DNA of 34,454 nt from a virus. Taxonomy: Duplodnaviria > Caudoviricetes. The stretch covers positions 1 to 34,454 of the IMG/VR virus record IMGVR_UViG_3300030012_001177; one strand, given 5' to 3'. A program made the position numbers and the translations under genes. The notes below the pieces were generated by a model that was not told the DNA's origin, did not search any database, and saw nothing but the letters and a program-made list of their open reading frames with translations. Positions 7,982 through 18,233 of this stretch are shown in pieces (within the stretch, counting starts at the first letter, position 1; each line of letters opens with the position of its first letter).

Positions 7982-10260
7982 TGGCAGTATCACAGCAATT
8001 TGTTGACCAACCAAAAGACGGCGTTATAATCTCTGCATATGAGCCTATAAAATTTACAACAAGGCTTACAGGATCAGGGTTAGAAGATTATAAAAGCGTT
8101 CGGTTTATAATAACGCCTAGAGATTCTAGGACTAATGAATATGAATACGACAATCAATTAGTGATTAGGGTTCAGCCAAGTCCACGCATACCTAATTGGG
8201 GTGATGATGCAACACCTAACGATGGCGTATCATACAAATATTTTAGCTTAGATATAAGCAGTATATGTAGAGATTACCTTTCTTTTGATTTAAGAGCTTG
8301 TACTCACGACACCACAATTAATGTTCAAAGAGATATAACTCAGTCAATGCCTTCTTATCATATGTTTAAGGAGTTTAGTGTTCGTATGCGACCTGAGTTT
8401 GTAAATTCTAGTGGTCGTCTTACTACAGACAGTGATTTAGATATAACGTTAAATATTTTTGTTGGCAATATAGCTTTATCTGACGAAGAACAGCACAGCT
8501 TAGTGTTGTCTAATGATATGATAGGCAGTAGTTCACCTGAAGAAATGAACACCTCTCTGTCAAGAGCATTTACTTTTAGTAAAGAAAACGCTACTCAAAG
8601 ATCTAGATGCCTTACGCTAAAACCTAACTACAAGATAATAGGAACTGACGAGTGCGAATACATAAGCGCTATTATGGATAATGGAGGTGGTGAGGGTAAC
8701 TACCCTTATGCTCAGATTAGGTTTTTTCTTAAAAATGGTCTTGGTCTTACAAATGGTCAGGGTGTAACACTAGCTTTAAACTTAAATTTTTCAGCAGCAG
8801 GAGATGGCAGTTATAGTTCTTCAGGTGGTGTTTTTCATTGGGGAGGCTCTCCTTCTGACAATGATTTTAATTCAAACAAGCCTGAACTTGCAGTTTTTCA
8901 ACTTGGTGTTGGAACAAGAAACATAAAGGAGTCAGTGATTGGTTGGACTAATACTACTGCAGATGATTTTCCAAAGATTGGAGATTGGCATAATATTGAA
9001 TACTATACCGTTAAGTTTTTAACATCGGAAGAAAGTAGGGAGATAGGTCAAACGTTGTATTACTACATAGACCACAGGTCGGAAGATAGAAAATATTTTG
9101 GTGAATCAGTAAGGTTTCATTGGCAAAACAGATTGGGTGGTATTGATAGCTACACTTTTGATGGTTCAGCTACTGAGGGTATAAATGTTTCTTCTAAAAC
9201 TTACGAGCAGACTATATATCCTGACTTCCAAAGCCAATTATCAGGCAATGTTACCAACTCTAATTTTTGGAGAGGTAATTTGCCTAATGTTAAGTCCGAT
9301 TATGGAGCTTTAGTTCCTAGAGTTGGTGGATTGACGTCAGACGAATACAGGGGTGTGTCTAAATCTGTTGTAAAAGCCTTTAGAGAAGGTCAGGCAGTAT
9401 CAAGACCTTATTCAAGAAAAGAACAAGCTATGATGGAAGATTTGCTATCATCTCCTAATGTATGGGTAGAAAGAGGTTGGAGAGGCAAAGAGGTTTTTAG
9501 AGATAACTTTGATGACCTCACAGCTTTACAGGCTGATTGGACTACATTTAGCTCGACTAGCATTGTGGCAGATGCAACTGCTGATACAATATCACTTTCA
9601 AACGGACATATAGCAGGTTCAGGTGTTTATAGAAAAGGAAACAACAACAATAGTGGTGGTGATGATGAGCTTTGGGCGATTGCTAAAGCTAAAAAGTTTC
9701 CTTACGATCCAAATAAAATTTACGAGGTTGAGGTAAGGATAAAGGTTGCTCATCAAGGCGCTGATGCTCTAAACTATGTTGGTTTAGGAGGTATTGCAGC
9801 AGACGGAACGACACTTGTAAATTCAAATGGTGCAGATAGTCATACATCTCAGCACTACATTACACTAAGTGGCTACAACCAAGATGCTGATGACGAATGG
9901 GAGGTACACAGAGGTTATATAACAGGTAGATTGTCAGCAGGTTCAACAACAGAGAGTTTTCAAGGACAGTCTAACGATCCTAAAGACCCTGCTAACGCAC
10001 ACGAAGATGTTGAGTTTTTTGCTCCAATTTTAATTTTAAACTTCAATGATGAAGCAGGTAAATCATATGTTGACTACATTGTGGTTAGAGAGTATGTAAG
10101 CGATTTGCCTACAACAAGTGGTTGGTATAGCACATTAAACAGATACTACTATGTTCCTGTAAACATAAAAGATGCTACTACCACAAGTTTTGATAGCGAG
10201 AATCAATCTACCATGACTGTAAACTATGTTGAAAGCAAAGAGAAAAGAACTATAAAATAA
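7981..10260 (+). CDS. Tail/baseplate protein (Dit-like position) with inserted carbohydrate-binding-like domain
   Basis: FHWQNRLGGIDSYTF and LLSSPNVW motifs of Bacteroidota siphophage tail proteins. Confidence 0.65.
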   Translation: MAVSQQFVDQPKDGVIISAYEPIKFTTRLTGSGLEDYKSVRFIITPRDSRTNEYEYDNQLVIRVQPSPRIPNWGDDATPNDGVSYKYFSLDISSICRDYLSFDLRACTHDTTINVQRDITQSMPSYHMFKEFSVRMRPEFVNSSGRLTTDSDLDITLNIFVGNIALSDEEQHSLVLSNDMIGSSSPEEMNTSLSRAFTFSKENATQRSRCLTLKPNYKIIGTDECEYISAIMDNGGGEGNYPYAQIRFFLKNGLGLTNGQGVTLALNLNFSAAGDGSYSSSGGVFHWGGSPSDNDFNSNKPELAVFQLGVGTRNIKESVIGWTNTTADDFPKIGDWHNIEYYTVKFLTSEESREIGQTLYYYIDHRSEDRKYFGESVRFHWQNRLGGIDSYTFDGSATEGINVSSKTYEQTIYPDFQSQLSGNVTNSNFWRGNLPNVKSDYGALVPRVGGLTSDEYRGVSKSVVKAFREGQAVSRPYSRKEQAMMEDLLSSPNVWVERGWRGKEVFRDNFDDLTALQADWTTFSSTSIVADATADTISLSNGHIAGSGVYRKGNNNNSGGDDELWAIAKAKKFPYDPNKIYEVEVRIKVAHQGADALNYVGLGGIAADGTTLVNSNGADSHTSQHYITLSGYNQDADDEWEVHRGYITGRLSAGSTTESFQGQSNDPKDPANAHEDVEFFAPILILNFNDEAGKSYVDYIVVREYVSDLPTTSGWYSTLNRYYYVPVNIKDATTTSFDSENQSTMTVNYVESKEKRTIK

Positions 10261-12851
10261 TGGCTGAAATAAGAATAGAGTTAAGAGATTTTGACAACAA
10301 CACATTGGGCGACCTTGACATTACTTCAAGCGATGAGTTTCCTTTATCTTTGACTTATCAAAATTTTGATATTAGAGATTTTAGCTCAAGAAATGGTGGA
10401 TTTAGTAAGACATTTAAAATTCCTGCAACAAAGAAAAACAACAGGCTGCTAAACCACATTTATCAAGACGGTAATATAGATAGAAAAAATGTTAGAAGCT
10501 CTTTATCTTCAACAATATACTCTGATAATGTTCCAATAGTTTCAGGAACGCTGAAAGTAATAAAAGTTCTTAAGGGTACAGACCCTTTGGAGTATGATTG
10601 TAATTTTCTTTCAGACAATATGGATTGGGCGTCTAAGCTAAAAAACAAAGACCTCAACGAGCTTACCTTTGAGAATATAGTTGGTGGTGGAAATACAGGT
10701 TATGTTTTTGAGAATGTGCAAGGACTTCCAAATAACGCTAGAGATGCTACAACTTTTAACCCTGACTCTGACAAGCCATTATTCCCTTTACTTTCTGTTG
10801 GAGAGGGGGTTAGCTCTAGGAATCAGGTAACAGATGCAGACTTTGTTCCTTGCCTTTATGTAAAAAATATTTGGGATAAGATATTTGCAGGAGAGGGTTA
10901 TATAGTTGATAGCGTGTTTTGCAACAGTGAATTCTTTAAGTCATTGATAGTTCCACTTAACTTTGAAAAGCAGTCAGAACTTTTAAACGACAAATATGGA
11001 AAGATAGAAAGAACTGAAGGATATACTGAATTAGCAGCTTATGCCTACAATAGTTCAAGTATTTCATCAGGGCCTCATATAGGATATAACAACCTTACTG
11101 TAAGCCGTAGATCAGGCTTTCTAATACAGAATACCAATGTTGCAGCAAGATACCCTTTTAGTGGTGACTTTGCTTTAGATGATTCACCACTTCCTACTAG
11201 TACATCAACAGGAAATGTTCAAACAGGTAATAATAGTAACCCTACATTAAGCGACCACACGATGGTTGTTATAAATGAAACAGGAACTCATACTATAAAG
11301 TTTAACATAGACTTTCGTCATTTTAGAAATAGTAGCTCAATAAGTAGTATTTTTAATGAAAAAGTAAAATACAAAATAAGAGGAGAGCTTTGGGAGGTTG
11401 ACGATGACCTTGACCAAAATATAAACTCTTTTTATCAGGCAGTGGAAGATAGTAACAACGAAAACAACACAAACACAAATATAAGGAGAAGATGGGATAG
11501 TGGAAGTATATCATTAGTAAAAGATGGTAACCACGATTCTATTGAAAACTTTAACGGAGAATATGAAACTTCTTCTAATGAGGTTGGTAGAAAATTTATA
11601 TTTGTAGTTTCTGTAAGAGTTACAGATTACGCAGCTTTTAATGGTGGTCACGTTAAATTTGGCTATCAAAGTGGTACTATTGAGGTTATGGGTAACGACA
11701 CTATTAGTGTAGGTGAAGATTATTCTCCTGTTCAATTCCTTATACCAAAAGGAAAGCAGTCTGATTTTGTATCAGGAATATCTCAAATGTTTAACCTTCA
11801 GTTTTCTACTGATTCTAAATCAAAGGTAGTAAAGGTTGAGCCTTACGACTATTTTTATCAAGACCACACGGAAGCTAGGGATTGGACGTCTAAGGTGGAC
11901 TATTCAAAGCCTATTGAAGATGAGTTTATAAACGATATAAAGTCAGAGTTAATAATAAAATATAAAGACGCTTCAGGAGATGCTTTTTTAGATAGGTTCA
12001 ATAAAAAAAATCAAACTCAATGGGGTTCTTACAGGGAGTTAAATACAGATGGGGTTTTTACAGACGGAACATACAAGGTTGAGAATAAATATTTTTCTCC
12101 TTCTTTTAATTGGTATGAAGGTGATTATATTGATCAAGATGTAGGTCACGCCTTTACAAGACGACCCTTTATACCTATTTATCACACAAAGTTTACAGCT
12201 ATAGACTCTGAACGTAGCATAGAGAGAGCTGAAAAAGAATTTAACATAGGAGCTAGAATATTAGTAACGCTACCTGCTTTTAGTGGCGATAATCAGTATT
12301 TGAGCAGCAGGTCAGGACTAGCGACAGGTTACTCCTACAACAATAATGGAGAAGCTATTGCCTCTAATGCTTTTGAACGTAATTTTTGTAGAGCCAACTT
12401 TTTTCATTTAGATAGTGCTAAAAACAGCGCAGACAACAACGACACTTTTGGATCTTTTGTGCAGTTAAGTGCAGGAACTTATGATGGGGTTGAATTATTC
12501 TTAGACCCCAACTTGTCTTTTAATAATATTACTTATGATTTTTCAGGTCAAGGAAGTCAAACTCACGTTGGCTTATATCAGTCTTTTTACTCTAGGATGG
12601 TTGAGCAATTAAAGCAAAGACCTAGAATAAAAACAATATATCTTAATTTAACTAATACAGATATGGCGATTCTTGACTTTTCAAGGCTTATTTTTATAGA
12701 CGGATTCTTTTACAGAATAAACAAGATAATAGACTTTAAGCCACACTTAGAGCAAAGCACAAAGGTTGAGCTTGTTGAGTATGTTGACTTAGGCAAAATA
12801 GATGTTAGCTCTAATTTAGTTATGAACATTTCAGAATCATTAAATGTATAA
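10260..12851 (+). CDS. Tail tip/baseplate hub protein
   Basis: DIRDFSSRNGGFSKTFKIPATKKNN N-terminus, DWTSKVD, YRINKIIDF; typical of Bacteroidota siphophage tail proteins. Confidence 0.75.
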   Translation: MAEIRIELRDFDNNTLGDLDITSSDEFPLSLTYQNFDIRDFSSRNGGFSKTFKIPATKKNNRLLNHIYQDGNIDRKNVRSSLSSTIYSDNVPIVSGTLKVIKVLKGTDPLEYDCNFLSDNMDWASKLKNKDLNELTFENIVGGGNTGYVFENVQGLPNNARDATTFNPDSDKPLFPLLSVGEGVSSRNQVTDADFVPCLYVKNIWDKIFAGEGYIVDSVFCNSEFFKSLIVPLNFEKQSELLNDKYGKIERTEGYTELAAYAYNSSSISSGPHIGYNNLTVSRRSGFLIQNTNVAARYPFSGDFALDDSPLPTSTSTGNVQTGNNSNPTLSDHTMVVINETGTHTIKFNIDFRHFRNSSSISSIFNEKVKYKIRGELWEVDDDLDQNINSFYQAVEDSNNENNTNTNIRRRWDSGSISLVKDGNHDSIENFNGEYETSSNEVGRKFIFVVSVRVTDYAAFNGGHVKFGYQSGTIEVMGNDTISVGEDYSPVQFLIPKGKQSDFVSGISQMFNLQFSTDSKSKVVKVEPYDYFYQDHTEARDWTSKVDYSKPIEDEFINDIKSELIIKYKDASGDAFLDRFNKKNQTQWGSYRELNTDGVFTDGTYKVENKYFSPSFNWYEGDYIDQDVGHAFTRRPFIPIYHTKFTAIDSERSIERAEKEFNIGARILVTLPAFSGDNQYLSSRSGLATGYSYNNNGEAIASNAFERNFCRANFFHLDSAKNSADNNDTFGSFVQLSAGTYDGVELFLDPNLSFNNITYDFSGQGSQTHVGLYQSFYSRMVEQLKQRPRIKTIYLNLTNTDMAILDFSRLIFIDGFFYRINKIIDFKPHLEQSTKVELVEYVDLGKIDVSSNLVMNISESLNV

Positions 12852-13813
12852 TGTCAAAAATATATAAAAAACAAAGAGAAGATGGTTTATCAAAGTACGT
12901 TTATTGTACTGTTGATGGTGCTTTGGTAAAGGTTGTGTACAAGTCAGGAGAGGGTTACGATGATGATGGGGGTTCATACTCAAATTATTCTGACCTAAAA
13001 CTAACAAATAATTACAGAGTTGGAATACAAAACTCACTAAAAGCAACATCTAAAACACAAACTGTGTTTACCGAAGAAGAAGAAGTTACAAAAACAACTC
13101 CACAGTTAGGAACGATAACAACAAAAACAACAAAAAATATAAATCCTGTATGTATATTTAACTATAACCATAAGGTTTTTTCAAGTGGCGGATCTGTTTC
13201 AAGATGGATAAGTAGCTATGATTCGTTTTCTTTTTCTCAATCTACATCTGCTAATATGCCAACATTAGGAAAATATGGCAAAGGTATTACCAATCAATCT
13301 CCTATTTACTTCAGCATATACAACAGCAGCTTTATGTCTTTAAACTCTGCTGCTACACTTTCAGGAGATTTTACAATGTTTCTTTATGTTGAAATAATAG
13401 GACACCCTGTAAATAAGTATATGAGATTCTTAGGTAAGTCTGATGATAACAATGTGTTTTTTTCAGCAGGAGATATTGGAGATAAAAGCTACAAGTTAAG
13501 TTTTGATTCATCAAACTCAGTTACGTTTGACTCAAGCACATTTTATTACTCTCCATCATCAAGTCCATTACTAATAACTGTTATAAGGTCAAAAGATCAA
13601 TTAACAATAAGAGAAAATGGCGTTAGTATAGGAACACAAACTTGTCCTACAAGTGATTTTGTTTTCGACCAACTTGGAAGAACAGGAAATATAGATTTGT
13701 CATTTAATGGTGGGATATGGCACTTTTCTGCTTATGATGGAGCTTTAGATAAAAACCTAACAAAAGTAGAAGAATCAATTATTAAATTAGCATCACAATC
13801 TAAATCTGTGTAA
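12851..13813 (+). CDS. Putative receptor-binding/tail protein with LamG-like domain
   Basis: Thr-rich linker then beta-rich domain (VSRW...QSTSANMP...DFTMFL...FNGGIW). Confidence 0.55.
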   Translation: MSKIYKKQREDGLSKYVYCTVDGALVKVVYKSGEGYDDDGGSYSNYSDLKLTNNYRVGIQNSLKATSKTQTVFTEEEEVTKTTPQLGTITTKTTKNINPVCIFNYNHKVFSSGGSVSRWISSYDSFSFSQSTSANMPTLGKYGKGITNQSPIYFSIYNSSFMSLNSAATLSGDFTMFLYVEIIGHPVNKYMRFLGKSDDNNVFFSAGDIGDKSYKLSFDSSNSVTFDSSTFYYSPSSSPLLITVIRSKDQLTIRENGVSIGTQTCPTSDFVFDQLGRTGNIDLSFNGGIWHFSAYDGALDKNLTKVEESIIKLASQSKSV

Positions 13814-14341
13814 ATGGCAAGAGTTAGTAAATCCACAATGAGAGAAATCTTGAATGAAGTCGGTATAGACTTGGTTGCTGCAATAAGAGGAGAGTTGGAA
13901 AGGCAGGGACACGTTAATACAGGTAGACTTAGGGATAGCATTGGATATAATATTAGTGAGTTTGGCGGCAACATTACCCTTACTGTATTAGCAGACGAGG
14001 TAGATTACGCATCTGCGATAAACGATGGTTTTATACCTAGATCTTTGCCTAGTGTACATGCAATAGAAGATTGGGTTAAACAAAGAGGTATTCAGTCAAA
14101 CAATCCTAAAATAGCAAACTCAAAAAATCCTGACAAGGCTTTGGCATTTGCAATAGCGAAAGCAATACAAGACGAAGGCTCTCCAACTAGGGGTGCGTTT
14201 AGATTCTCAAGAAACGGATTTAGAAGGGGATTTGCTAGTAGACCTTTTGGTTCAAGAAAAAATAGCATACACACTAAGATTGTGAAAGGAATGACAGTAG
14301 AATTAGAAATTACATTAGATAGCATAACAAAACAAATATAA
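13814..14341 (+). CDS. HK97 gp10-like tail completion protein
   Basis: NTGRLRDSI...YASAINDG...W...RG...AFAIAKAI motif. Confidence 0.75.
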   Translation: MARVSKSTMREILNEVGIDLVAAIRGELERQGHVNTGRLRDSIGYNISEFGGNITLTVLADEVDYASAINDGFIPRSLPSVHAIEDWVKQRGIQSNNPKIANSKNPDKALAFAIAKAIQDEGSPTRGAFRFSRNGFRRGFASRPFGSRKNSIHTKIVKGMTVELEITLDSITKQI

Positions 14342-17300
14342 TGGCAAAAAACGTAAATACACTTATTAAGGTTTCTGTATTAGGTAATAAAGAGCTTATA
14401 CAGTTAAGACAAAATGTTGAATTGTATTCTAAAAACCTTAGAGAGCTTAAAAAAGAAAACAAAGATGTTAAGAACATCAACAAGGAAACTGCTCAATCTT
14501 TTGCTGAAAACGAGGCTAAGTTAAGAGCAGCAAGGTCAGAATATAAGAGAGCTCAAAATGAATTAAAGCATATGAATAAGGCTACCAAAAATGCAGGTGG
14601 TTTTACTATGAAGATGGCTAAAGCTTTTGGTATTGCTCAACTTGCTGTTGATGGCTTGAAAAAGGTGACTAGTGTATTGACACAACAGATCAAAGATTCT
14701 GTCACCGTATTTAAGGATTTTGATTTTCAAATGCAGAAAGTTAGAGCTATTAGTGGCGCTACAGACCTTGAGTTTGAAAAACTAAAAGATTCTGCAGAGG
14801 CGTTGGGTAGAACAACGTTCTTTACTGCGACACAGGTGGCACAACTGCAAACAAACTTATCAAAGCTTGGTTTTACATCTATAGAGATACTAGATGCACA
14901 AGCAGCAGCACTTGCAACTGCAACTGCAGCAGGAGAGGACTTGGGAAGAACTGCAACAGTATTAGGTTCTGCTATACGAGGTTTTGGACTTGATGCAAGT
15001 GAAGCTACAAGAGTAGCAGATGTTATGGCTACTGCCTTTACAAGTTCAGCCTTAGACATTGAGAAGTTTCAAACATCAATGACCAAAGTTGCTCCTATTG
15101 CTAAAATGGCAGGTTTTGAAATTGAAGGCACTACTGCATTATTGGCTTCTTTGACCGATGCAGGTATTGAGGCTTCTATTGCAGGTACATCTTTAAGGAA
15201 TATATTTTTAAGGTTGGCTGACCCCACATCTGATTTATCAAAAAGATTAGGTGGTTCTGTAAGTAGTGTTGATGAGCTTATACCCAAGCTAAAAGAAATG
15301 AAAGATGCAAACATTGACCTAGCAGATGTTTTGGGTATTACTGATAGAAGAACTGCAGCAGCTTTTGGTAGAATACTAGATAGTGGTGAAAGTGTAGAAA
15401 TACTAACAAATGCCTTAAGAAACTCAGAGGGAGCTGCACAAGCTATGGCTGAAATAGTAGGCGACAGTCTTGAGGGAGCTTTGCTTCGTTTTAAGTCAGC
15501 GACAGACGGACTAAAGATTGCTTTAGTTGATTTGTTTGGAGATAGGCTACAAAAGATTTTTGATTCTTTTGCTAAAGCCTTTAATACACTTGCAAGTGAG
15601 CAAAGTATTAGTAGAATTTCAAAAATAGGTAAAACAATAAAAAATCTAGCAAAATTATTTGGTTTATATGTTATTGGTGTAAAAGCTGCTGCATTAGGTA
15701 CTGCTATATTTAACAAGGCTTTAGTTTTAAAAAGATTGTTTGCCGTAAGAAGTAGGTTGGCGTTGTTGGGATCTACTAAAGCTGTAGTAGGTTTTACAGC
15801 AGCAATTAAAAGTGCTGCAGCTTCTACAGGTATTGGTTTACTTGTTGTTGGTTTAGGTACTATATTATCAAGACTAGCCTTCTTCAATAGCGACATAAAT
15901 TTAGCTGCAGACAACATAAAAAACTTTAATGATAAACTTGAAGAGGGTAGCGTTGCCTATAGGGGACAAGCTAAAAATTCAGAAAGACTGATTGAAATTA
16001 AGAAAGAGCTGAATAAACTCACTGACGATGAGGGTAACATAATAAATGATTCTGCATTTAATAATAAAAAATACAATTTATTAAAAAGAGAGGAGTCTGT
16101 TCTTATAGTTAAGTTGAACAGAGATATGAAAAAATATACTGACCATCTTTTAACTGAAAAGTCAAGTATAGATGATATTACAAAAGCTACTCAAACCCTT
16201 ATAGAAACAATGAGGCAAAGACAAGCAGTTCAAGTTTTTGAGGAGCTATCTAAGGGTATGCTAAAATCAAGTTTAGCTATAGAAAAATTAAAGAAAGACT
16301 TTGCCGAAGGAGAGTTTGGTGGTAAAGCGTTTTCAAGTGAAGCTGAAGCTTTAGCAAATTTACAAATAATGTTAGATGAGCTAGGGAGCAGAGGATCTGC
16401 AGGTTTCAAACAGTCGATTGATGACATTGCAGATACATTTGGAAATAACTCTGCAGAAGCTAGAAATGAAATGAAAGATTTTCTAGAAGACTTTATGAGT
16501 GATAACAGCTTAACTGTAGGAACTATAAAAAAATTCTTTCACGATACTCAAGAGGTTTATGATGAGGAGATTGCAGAGCTTAGAAGTCACATACAAGAAG
16601 AAACAGGTATTGACCCTGCTACTGTAATCTTTGGTGATGATAAAAAAGATGACAAGGGAAAGCCTGATGGATTTGTTATTACTTCAGAACGATTTTTAAA
16701 AGAGTTTCAACAAGCCAAAATTAAGATTCTTAAAAATGACAAGCTCTTTGCTGATGAAAGAAATGAATTGATGTTGAGTGAAGAACAAGACTACTTAGAG
16801 AAGTTGTTTGAACTGCAAAAAGATCACAGCAAAGATACTGAGCAAACAGAAATAAAATTAGCACAGGTAAAGGCTAAACTTAGGGAGGCTGATTTTCAAG
16901 ACCAAATCAAGATGTTGGAAGAAAGAAAAGCTCTAGATGATATAGAGTTACAAAAACTTGCAGATGCAGGGACTTCTGATACAATTATGAAAGGTCTGCA
17001 GCTTCAGGCAGAGCTTGAGTTTTTAAGGAAAAAACTTGATTTGCACGATCAATACGCTACAGACTATGAGGCTATATATGTTAAAATAAAAGATACCGAA
17101 AGAGAGCTAGGTCTTATTCAAAGACAAAGGTTTCAAGAAACTGTTAGCGAGGTTAGTAATTTAGGTTCAGAAATGAAAAGTCTTGGTGATATTATGGGAG
17201 AGAATCACATACTGACTAAAATCGGAATCAAGTTATCTCAAGCTGCTGCATTAGCAAACAATATAGAAGCTGCTTCTTCAAAGATAAAAGCTTTAGCAAA

Positions 17301-17847
17301 TGCAAAGGAAGCGTTGACAGATGGAGCTGCAGGTGTCGCTAAACAGTCAAAACAACTTTTTCCAATGAACATAGCAGCTATTGCAGCAACACTTTCAGCA
17401 GTAGTTTCTGCCTTATCGCTGTTTGGTATTGGTGGTTTTGGTGGTGGAGATTCTAGGACTGTAACAGAGGGTGGTCAATTTGCTAAAGGTGGTCTTACTA
17501 AAGGTGGAATGTTTAGAGGAAACTCACACGCTAATGGTGGTGTGAAGTTTGCAGTAGGTGGCAGAATAATGGAGGCAGAAGGTGGAGAGGCTATCATAAA
17601 CAAGCGTTCTACATCTATGTTTAAACCTGTTCTTTCTGCAATAAACTCATATAACGGTAATGGTGTTAAGTTTGCTGATGGTGGTATTTTGAATAGTGGA
17701 GAGAAGTTTGCTAGAGGTGGTCAGCTACCTGACATTCAAAGTATTGTTTCTCAAGCACAAATATCTCAAAGAGTTGTGATGGTAGAGAGTGATGTAACAA
17801 AAACACAAGGCAAAGTATCTGCTATTGAAAGTCAGGCTACTTTTTAG
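14341..17847 (+). CDS. Tape measure protein (TP901-like core)
   Basis: 1168 aa, helical; F..QM.KV.AISGAT, AGTSLRNIF; C-terminal FAKGG...SHANGG...EAEGGEAIINKRST. Confidence 0.93.
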   Translation: MAKNVNTLIKVSVLGNKELIQLRQNVELYSKNLRELKKENKDVKNINKETAQSFAENEAKLRAARSEYKRAQNELKHMNKATKNAGGFTMKMAKAFGIAQLAVDGLKKVTSVLTQQIKDSVTVFKDFDFQMQKVRAISGATDLEFEKLKDSAEALGRTTFFTATQVAQLQTNLSKLGFTSIEILDAQAAALATATAAGEDLGRTATVLGSAIRGFGLDASEATRVADVMATAFTSSALDIEKFQTSMTKVAPIAKMAGFEIEGTTALLASLTDAGIEASIAGTSLRNIFLRLADPTSDLSKRLGGSVSSVDELIPKLKEMKDANIDLADVLGITDRRTAAAFGRILDSGESVEILTNALRNSEGAAQAMAEIVGDSLEGALLRFKSATDGLKIALVDLFGDRLQKIFDSFAKAFNTLASEQSISRISKIGKTIKNLAKLFGLYVIGVKAAALGTAIFNKALVLKRLFAVRSRLALLGSTKAVVGFTAAIKSAAASTGIGLLVVGLGTILSRLAFFNSDINLAADNIKNFNDKLEEGSVAYRGQAKNSERLIEIKKELNKLTDDEGNIINDSAFNNKKYNLLKREESVLIVKLNRDMKKYTDHLLTEKSSIDDITKATQTLIETMRQRQAVQVFEELSKGMLKSSLAIEKLKKDFAEGEFGGKAFSSEAEALANLQIMLDELGSRGSAGFKQSIDDIADTFGNNSAEARNEMKDFLEDFMSDNSLTVGTIKKFFHDTQEVYDEEIAELRSHIQEETGIDPATVIFGDDKKDDKGKPDGFVITSERFLKEFQQAKIKILKNDKLFADERNELMLSEEQDYLEKLFELQKDHSKDTEQTEIKLAQVKAKLREADFQDQIKMLEERKALDDIELQKLADAGTSDTIMKGLQLQAELEFLRKKLDLHDQYATDYEAIYVKIKDTERELGLIQRQRFQETVSEVSNLGSEMKSLGDIMGENHILTKIGIKLSQAAALANNIEAASSKIKALANAKEALTDGAAGVAKQSKQLFPMNIAAIAATLSAVVSALSLFGIGGFGGGDSRTVTEGGQFAKGGLTKGGMFRGNSHANGGVKFAVGGRIMEAEGGEAIINKRSTSMFKPVLSAINSYNGNGVKFADGGILNSGEKFARGGQLPDIQSIVSQAQISQRVVMVESDVTKTQGKVSAIESQATF

Positions 17848-17859
17848 TATATTTAAACT

Positions 17860-18180
17860 ATGGCTATAAGACAAAATAAGAAAGAAGTGATTGATGAGTT
17901 TTTAGACTTGATGTATAAAGAAATCAGGACTAGGTATTCTGAAGATGCAGGTATAAAAAATGTTGTTTTTCACTTAATTGAAAAAGGTCTTATTGAGCCT
18001 AAAAGATTAAGAAACTATATGATTATATCTGACTTTCATAAAATACTAAAAGACAACAACGGTCATAGCACACATACATTTATGGACTTATCCATAAAGT
18101 ACGATGTTTCAGACAGAACTTGTCAAAATGTAGTTTATAAAGAAAGCAAGAAAAGCAAAAGAGAAAACAATATAATATAA
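17860..18180 (+). CDS. Mor-like transcriptional regulator (putative late activator)
   Basis: RNY.I..DF...LSIKYDVSDRTCQNVVY C-terminal HTH resembling the Mor family. Confidence 0.6.
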   Translation: MAIRQNKKEVIDEFLDLMYKEIRTRYSEDAGIKNVVFHLIEKGLIEPKRLRNYMIISDFHKILKDNNGHSTHTFMDLSIKYDVSDRTCQNVVYKESKKSKRENNII

Positions 18181-18233
18181 ATATTGTAAAGTTTTTCGTA
18201 TATAGATAAATAAGTAGTAATATATTTGTGCTT

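Noticed and set aside
14727-16427. Long minus-strand ORFs (e.g. 15069-15917, 282 aa)
   Set aside because: Antisense shadows of the Ala/Leu-rich tape measure gene, with no motifs or expression signals; the other minus-strand ORFs likewise
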